Shown one piece after another: positions 60,801-64,000 of a DNA stretch of 64,000 nucleotides (position 1 is its first letter; the number at the start of each line of letters is the position of its first letter). Below the pieces are notes generated by a model. The model saw only the letters and a list, made by a program, of their open reading frames with translations, made no database searches and was not told the DNA's origin. The position numbers and the translations under genes were made by a program. The stretch lies in assembly GCA_023957375.1 (NCBI GenBank), contig JAMLHB010000001.1, positions 898,245 through 962,244 of the forward strand, given 5' to 3'. The DNA comes from Flavobacteriales bacterium. GTDB lineage: Bacteria > Bacteroidota > Bacteroidia > Flavobacteriales_F > PHOS-HE28.

Positions 60801-61683
60801 CGGCGAGTATTTCAATGCCTCGGCACAGGATAACATCGGCTGGGACCATCAGTGGCCGCAGATCAACCACGTGAGCGATTGCGAATACTGGCGTATCGAT
60901 CGAAGTGCGGGAAGCCCCAATGCCCGGGTAACCCTCAGTTGGGACGATCCGGAAAGCTGCATCGTGGACAACCTGCCCACCCTGCGTACCGCCTATTGGA
61001 GCGAAAGCACATTACCTCCCCAATGGATCGACCGGGGTGCGTTCAACGTGACTGGCAACAATACGGCAGGCACCCTTTCCACTACCTTGGTGGAAAGCTT
61101 GTTCGCGCAGTCCGCGAATTACTGGACGTTAGCCTCGGAAAGCACCAACAACCCGCTACCCGTGGAACTGCTGTCCTTCACGGCCACGGCCGGCGGTGGC
61201 GTAGTGGACCTGCAGTGGAGCACGGCCAGTGAATTGAACAACGACCACTTCACCGTGGAACGCAGCGCGGATGCTTCGGCGTACAGGGTGATCAACCAAG
61301 TGGCCGGTGCGGGCAACAGCCAATCGATCATTCATTACGCCGATGTGGACCGGACGCCCTTGAGCGGGTGGAGCTATTACCGGCTGCGCCAAACCGATCT
61401 CGACGGTACTTCCACGCTGAGCCAAGTGGTCCCCGTCTTCTTCAACGGCAAGACCGGAACAACGCCCACCGTGCTATACCAGGATGATGAGCTTTACGTG
61501 CTGCACAATTTTCCCGTGGGCAGCAGCTTGGAGGTCATCGACCCTGCCGGCCGGGTGGTGGGCACTTCCACCCTCACCACCGGAGGCTTGGCCCCCTTGC
61601 CCTTGGGGCATCTTTCCCGCGGCGTGTACCTGATCCGCCTCACGGACGGTAACCGCACCGCAAGTACGCGCCTGGTTTATTGA
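57835..61683 (+). CDS. large T9SS-secreted protein with Calx-beta-like domains and type A C-terminal sorting domain
   Basis: Signal peptide. Calx-beta-like segments (FTIVENDY, IDDAVDEGADETIDFSI). C-terminal sorting region ending GVYLIRLTDGNRTASTRLVY. Confidence 0.8.
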   Translation: MGILRPSACKIGLRALRRAALGTTLCMAFAAPAQVTIFAENMGTPSSTTSVNAYTGWQNGAPIAFSSTVNTDVRTSNASSGYTGASGGGNVFMGTSSGNFKDYIIAGINSNGYSSLTLSFGLRRDANPANSLNVSVSTDGITYTALSFTDVPSINTWALVTATGAIPSTATLWIKFDKNSTAQYRIDDIKLTGIISGPMVNFTAATSSASEGAGTAAVNLSISPATVAAGTITITIGGGSTATYGAGNDYTTTPAGPTTITISVPSGATAASFTINLIDDAVDEGADETIDFSITGTTGGISIGAASTHQFTIVENDYVPKVSFGTTSISALEGGGAQTFNINFSMPHPSGFTLTITVTNGPGAVYGAGNDYTTNPVGGSGTFIIGPFSGSATGGSFTVTPLTDALTESTEQVTFTITAASDPSIVIGPNASATLFIGDINSPPALFNPGDLAIVGVNANNNACESPPGSAGDDYVSFFCFKEITYGTEIIITDNGYERCNPGQWGNREGTVRMKRTGTAIPAGQVITFRIQNQTGPTNVTSVAPDAAWTCTNIGIGGTQMALNNGGDQLFFMQGGTWNPGTALANNATYTGTILFAFSTNPSPPWTAACDAPEGNQQSNLPPGVECFSMAPTLASDFNKYAGSITAASQRDWIIRIENAANWNSYASCPLYSSSGYIWLTAPILPIIAGTMTHGLWRGAINTDWFECKNWDDARIPDITTPVEINATAIRHCYVGISPGLNPGGTATCASLWQHFSGSDVIKTLSVWDNSALQVAGLFKVENTTSNGLTDQVMANATLSVGSVELNGSGPGATNTMLQATAGGGQINASGNLTIGFGSRLGLQAGPPNAGTLNLGGNFINQEDELHFLDVYSTVVLNGTVDQYIQNANSGEYFYDLRINKPSGDVYLTAPILVRHELDFTQGRMFSSTAALPTLMNGASAVGASDASFVHGPIQRIGNTDFIFPVGKGNSYRPASLSGITGGGSVAFTGEYFNASAQDNIGWDHQWPQINHVSDCEYWRIDRSAGSPNARVTLSWDDPESCIVDNLPTLRTAYWSESTLPPQWIDRGAFNVTGNNTAGTLSTTLVESLFAQSANYWTLASESTNNPLPVELLSFTATAGGGVVDLQWSTASELNNDHFTVERSADASAYRVINQVAGAGNSQSIIHYADVDRTPLSGWSYYRLRQTDLDGTSTLSQVVPVFFNGKTGTTPTVLYQDDELYVLHNFPVGSSLEVIDPAGRVVGTSTLTTGGLAPLPLGHLSRGVYLIRLTDGNRTASTRLVY

Positions 61684-61693
61684 GGAACAGAAC

Positions 61694-62482
61694 TCAGCCG
61701 CGCATCACCAACAGCGGCACGGTCGTGTGCATGGCCAAGCGCTTGGAGGTGCTGCCTTGGAACAGGCGCTCCCAGAAATTGCGCTGCCGCCGGACCACGG
61801 CCATCAGGTCAACACCATCTTCCTGTGTGAGGTGCTCCAATGTTCTGGCCACATCGCCACCCTCCACGGTGGAAAACTTGTGCGGAATGCCTTTCAGCAT
61901 GGCCTTTAGTCTTGCACGTTGCCCGTCGTTGTCCGCTCCGGCATCCACGTGCAGTAGGGTGATGCGCGCGCCAGTGGTACGGGCGATCTCCAGCATGGGA
62001 AGCAAACTGGCCTCGGTATCCTCAAGGCCGTCATCGGCAAACAGGATCTGGTCCAGTTTCACCGGCTTCCATTGGGCCGGCACGGCGATCAGCGGCAACG
62101 CGGTGGAAGTGACGGCCGCCGTGGTATTGCGCCCTACCAGCCCGTAGTTTCCCTCGCCCTGGGTGCCCATGACCACCAGGTCCACCGGCCTTTCGGCATG
62201 CACTTCCGCAATGGCCTGCGCCAACGGCCTGGAGTTGGACCGCAGGGCGATGCGCACTTTGCCCATCTGCCGGCGCAAGCGCCTTTCCTCGCGCCGCAAG
62301 CCCAGGTGGGAAGCACGCTCCGTATCCACCTGAAGGCCGATCAGGGGGTTGCGGTAAGCCTGCTTGAGGTAGGCATTGAGCAAGGTGTAGCGCGCAGCTT
62401 CGGTGCCAAAAAGGCCCATGGCAAAAGTGGCCGCCTTATGGGCCGTATCGCTAAAGTCCGTGGGCAACAGAATATGTTTCAT
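61694..62482 (-). CDS. universal stress protein (tandem Usp domains)
   Basis: MKHILLPTDFSD and VVMGTQGEG motifs, with a second Usp domain. Confidence 0.8.
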   Translation of the reverse strand: MKHILLPTDFSDTAHKAATFAMGLFGTEAARYTLLNAYLKQAYRNPLIGLQVDTERASHLGLRREERRLRRQMGKVRIALRSNSRPLAQAIAEVHAERPVDLVVMGTQGEGNYGLVGRNTTAAVTSTALPLIAVPAQWKPVKLDQILFADDGLEDTEASLLPMLEIARTTGARITLLHVDAGADNDGQRARLKAMLKGIPHKFSTVEGGDVARTLEHLTQEDGVDLMAVVRRQRNFWERLFQGSTSKRLAMHTTVPLLVMRG

Positions 62483-62645
62483 CAATGGCAGGTGGTGTTG
62501 CGAAAGGTAGCATCGGAAGCCTCACTGCAAAAGCAACAATTGTCACTTCCCGGTTTCGGGATGATGTCCACCTTGCATCGCACCCCGCCTTTCCATGAAA
62601 GGCAGCGCAGCGGAAGAAATTAAACCACCCAAACCACACAGCACG

Positions 62646-63038
62646 ATGAACAATCCCAAGGAGCAGATGTACGCCGGCCTCGGCCACCTGTTTTACAGCA
62701 TTGCGGCAAGTGACGGCCGTGTTTCATCCGAAGAATCGGCCAAGCTCAAGAAGCTGGTGCGCCAACAATGGATTCCCGTGGAAGCCGGACAGGATGCCAC
62801 GGGCACGGACCTGGCCTTTTATGTCGAGATCGGCTTTGACCATGCGAACGCCGCCGGCATGCCCGCAGACGAAGCTTTCGAGCGCTTCTTGCAGGTCCGC
62901 ACCGAACAATCGGACCTGTTCGACGCCAGCACACGGAACATGGTAACGCGTACTGCCCAGGCCGTGGCCGATGCGTTCGGAGGCCAAAGCCAACATGAGC
63001 GCCGTATGCTGGAGAAGTTGAAGGAAGCGTTCCTGTGA
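62646..63038 (+). CDS. TerB-like (tellurite resistance TerB family) protein
   Basis: HLFYSIAASDGRVSSEESAKLKKLV matches the TerB helical motif. Start at ATG 62646. Confidence 0.55.
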   Translation: MNNPKEQMYAGLGHLFYSIAASDGRVSSEESAKLKKLVRQQWIPVEAGQDATGTDLAFYVEIGFDHANAAGMPADEAFERFLQVRTEQSDLFDASTRNMVTRTAQAVADAFGGQSQHERRMLEKLKEAFL

Positions 63039-63056
63039 GACAGCCGTCCGCTTGGG

Positions 63057-64000
63057 CTATGCGGGCAGCACGCTGAAATGCGGGTCCAGCGGGTCGAGTT
63101 CCGCGAGCAGTCGATCAAAGAATGCCGGGCCCTCCCGGGCATACCAGGGCATGAAATTCTCCCTGCGTTCCTGCAGCCCGCCTCCCGGGAACAACCGTTC
63201 ATGGATGCCTTCCAAGCGCTGCAAGGGTAGTTCTTGTTCACGCTTTGCCGCGCGAACGAATTTCTCCTCCAAGCGGTCGATGCCGCGCAAGGCGCGTTGC
63301 TCCATGGCCGCCACCATGCCGGTCAAAGTGGCGTCGGCCGCTGCCGAACGTTTTTGCAGATCCGCATGGAAGCGCTTCACGTTCTCCTTCTCCTGCAAGA
63401 GGCTCACGGAGAACGAAGCGCGTTCCTTGGCCACGCGCTTGCGCAGGCTGTCTATCGGCGTGAACAGCTCCTTCGGCGTGAGCCCAAGCTCTCCCATCCG
63501 CTCCCGGTCCTTGGGCGCGAGGAATGCCGCCGAGGTGCGCAACATCAGCACCGGCATAGGCACCTGCAAGGCTTGGAACAGCCATTTCAACTGGAACCAA
63601 TAGGCGAGTTCCCCTCCTCCGCCCACGTAGGCGATGTTGGGCAGAATGGCCTCTTGGTACACGGGGCGCATCAACACGTTGGGCGAGAACCGCTCCGGGT
63701 GCGCATCCAGTTCGGCGAGCAGCTCATCGAGGTTGAACGAAGGCCCGCCATCCAGCACTTGGTACCTATCCCCTTCCAGTTCAATGCGGCTCCTGTTGCC
63801 AGGGCGCAGGTAGAACAGGTTGATCGGACGGGCGTGAGCCTGTGTTTTCCAATGTGCCGCCAAGCGTTGGTCCGCATAATGAACAGTACGCTCAGCCACA
63901 TTGTTGAGCAGTTCTTCACGCATGATGGGCGCAAAGACCCGTTTCAGCGCCGGATCATCACCATCAATGACGACCACCCCGAAGCGGCCGAACAGTGCAT
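63057..64000 (-). CDS. bshC: bacillithiol biosynthesis cysteine-adding enzyme BshC (C-terminal part; N-terminus beyond window)
   Basis: YVGGGGELAYWFQLK and the coiled-coil C-terminus are characteristic of BshC (about 530 aa; only about 310 aa present). Confidence 0.8.
   Translation of the reverse strand, partial: ALFGRFGVVVIDGDDPALKRVFAPIMREELLNNVAERTVHYADQRLAAHWKTQAHARPINLFYLRPGNRSRIELEGDRYQVLDGGPSFNLDELLAELDAHPERFSPNVLMRPVYQEAILPNIAYVGGGGELAYWFQLKWLFQALQVPMPVLMLRTSAAFLAPKDRERMGELGLTPKELFTPIDSLRKRVAKERASFSVSLLQEKENVKRFHADLQKRSAAADATLTGMVAAMEQRALRGIDRLEEKFVRAAKREQELPLQRLEGIHERLFPGGGLQERRENFMPWYAREGPAFFDRLLAELDPLDPHFSVLPA

Noticed and set aside
1-64000. CRISPR arrays, rRNA, tRNA, transposases/integrases as mobile elements
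   Set aside because: No direct-repeat/spacer structure, no rRNA/tRNA-like conserved motifs, and the only recombinase is the housekeeping xerD next to aroQ.

Overview
This is a high-GC (about 65%) chromosomal segment that looks like Bacteroidota. The evidence is the many type IX secretion system (T9SS) C-terminal sorting domains, both type A (Por-tail) and type B (gliding-motility CTD), TAnnTTTG-like -7 promoter boxes, a bacillithiol gene bshC, and several Bacteroidota-specific families (DUF1599 next to folP, GWxTD-like, CarboxypepD_reg-like). Most of the window is densely packed housekeeping and stress genes: folP, trmD-rplS, rpmB, cinA, miaE, prfC, aroC, aroQ, xerD, rlmD, rlmI, cphA/cphB, selU-selD, Usp, YtxH, GlsB, TerB and PAP2. 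Seven large or medium secreted T9SS cargo proteins are interspersed among them. The most unusual structure is a gene (34461..38861) that carries about 27 tandem 90-bp cysteine-rich modules. Within that array, six near-identical 270-bp higher-order copies make the two DNA strands produce repeating spurious ORFs. This gene and its upstream neighbour also share a roughly 330-aa conserved C-terminal module ahead of their T9SS tails. Other points of interest are a membrane adenylate cyclase fused to an uncharacterised C-terminal repeat domain, about 790 bp of lower-GC non-coding DNA between convergent genes, a standalone DUF4157 protein, a protein with an extreme Trp/Tyr/Gly-rich segment, and a PQQ sugar dehydrogenase carrying a T9SS tail. 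I found no CRISPR array, rRNA, tRNA or obvious mobile element. I could not recognise a complete defense or novel multi-gene system; the findings below are the most unusual loci.
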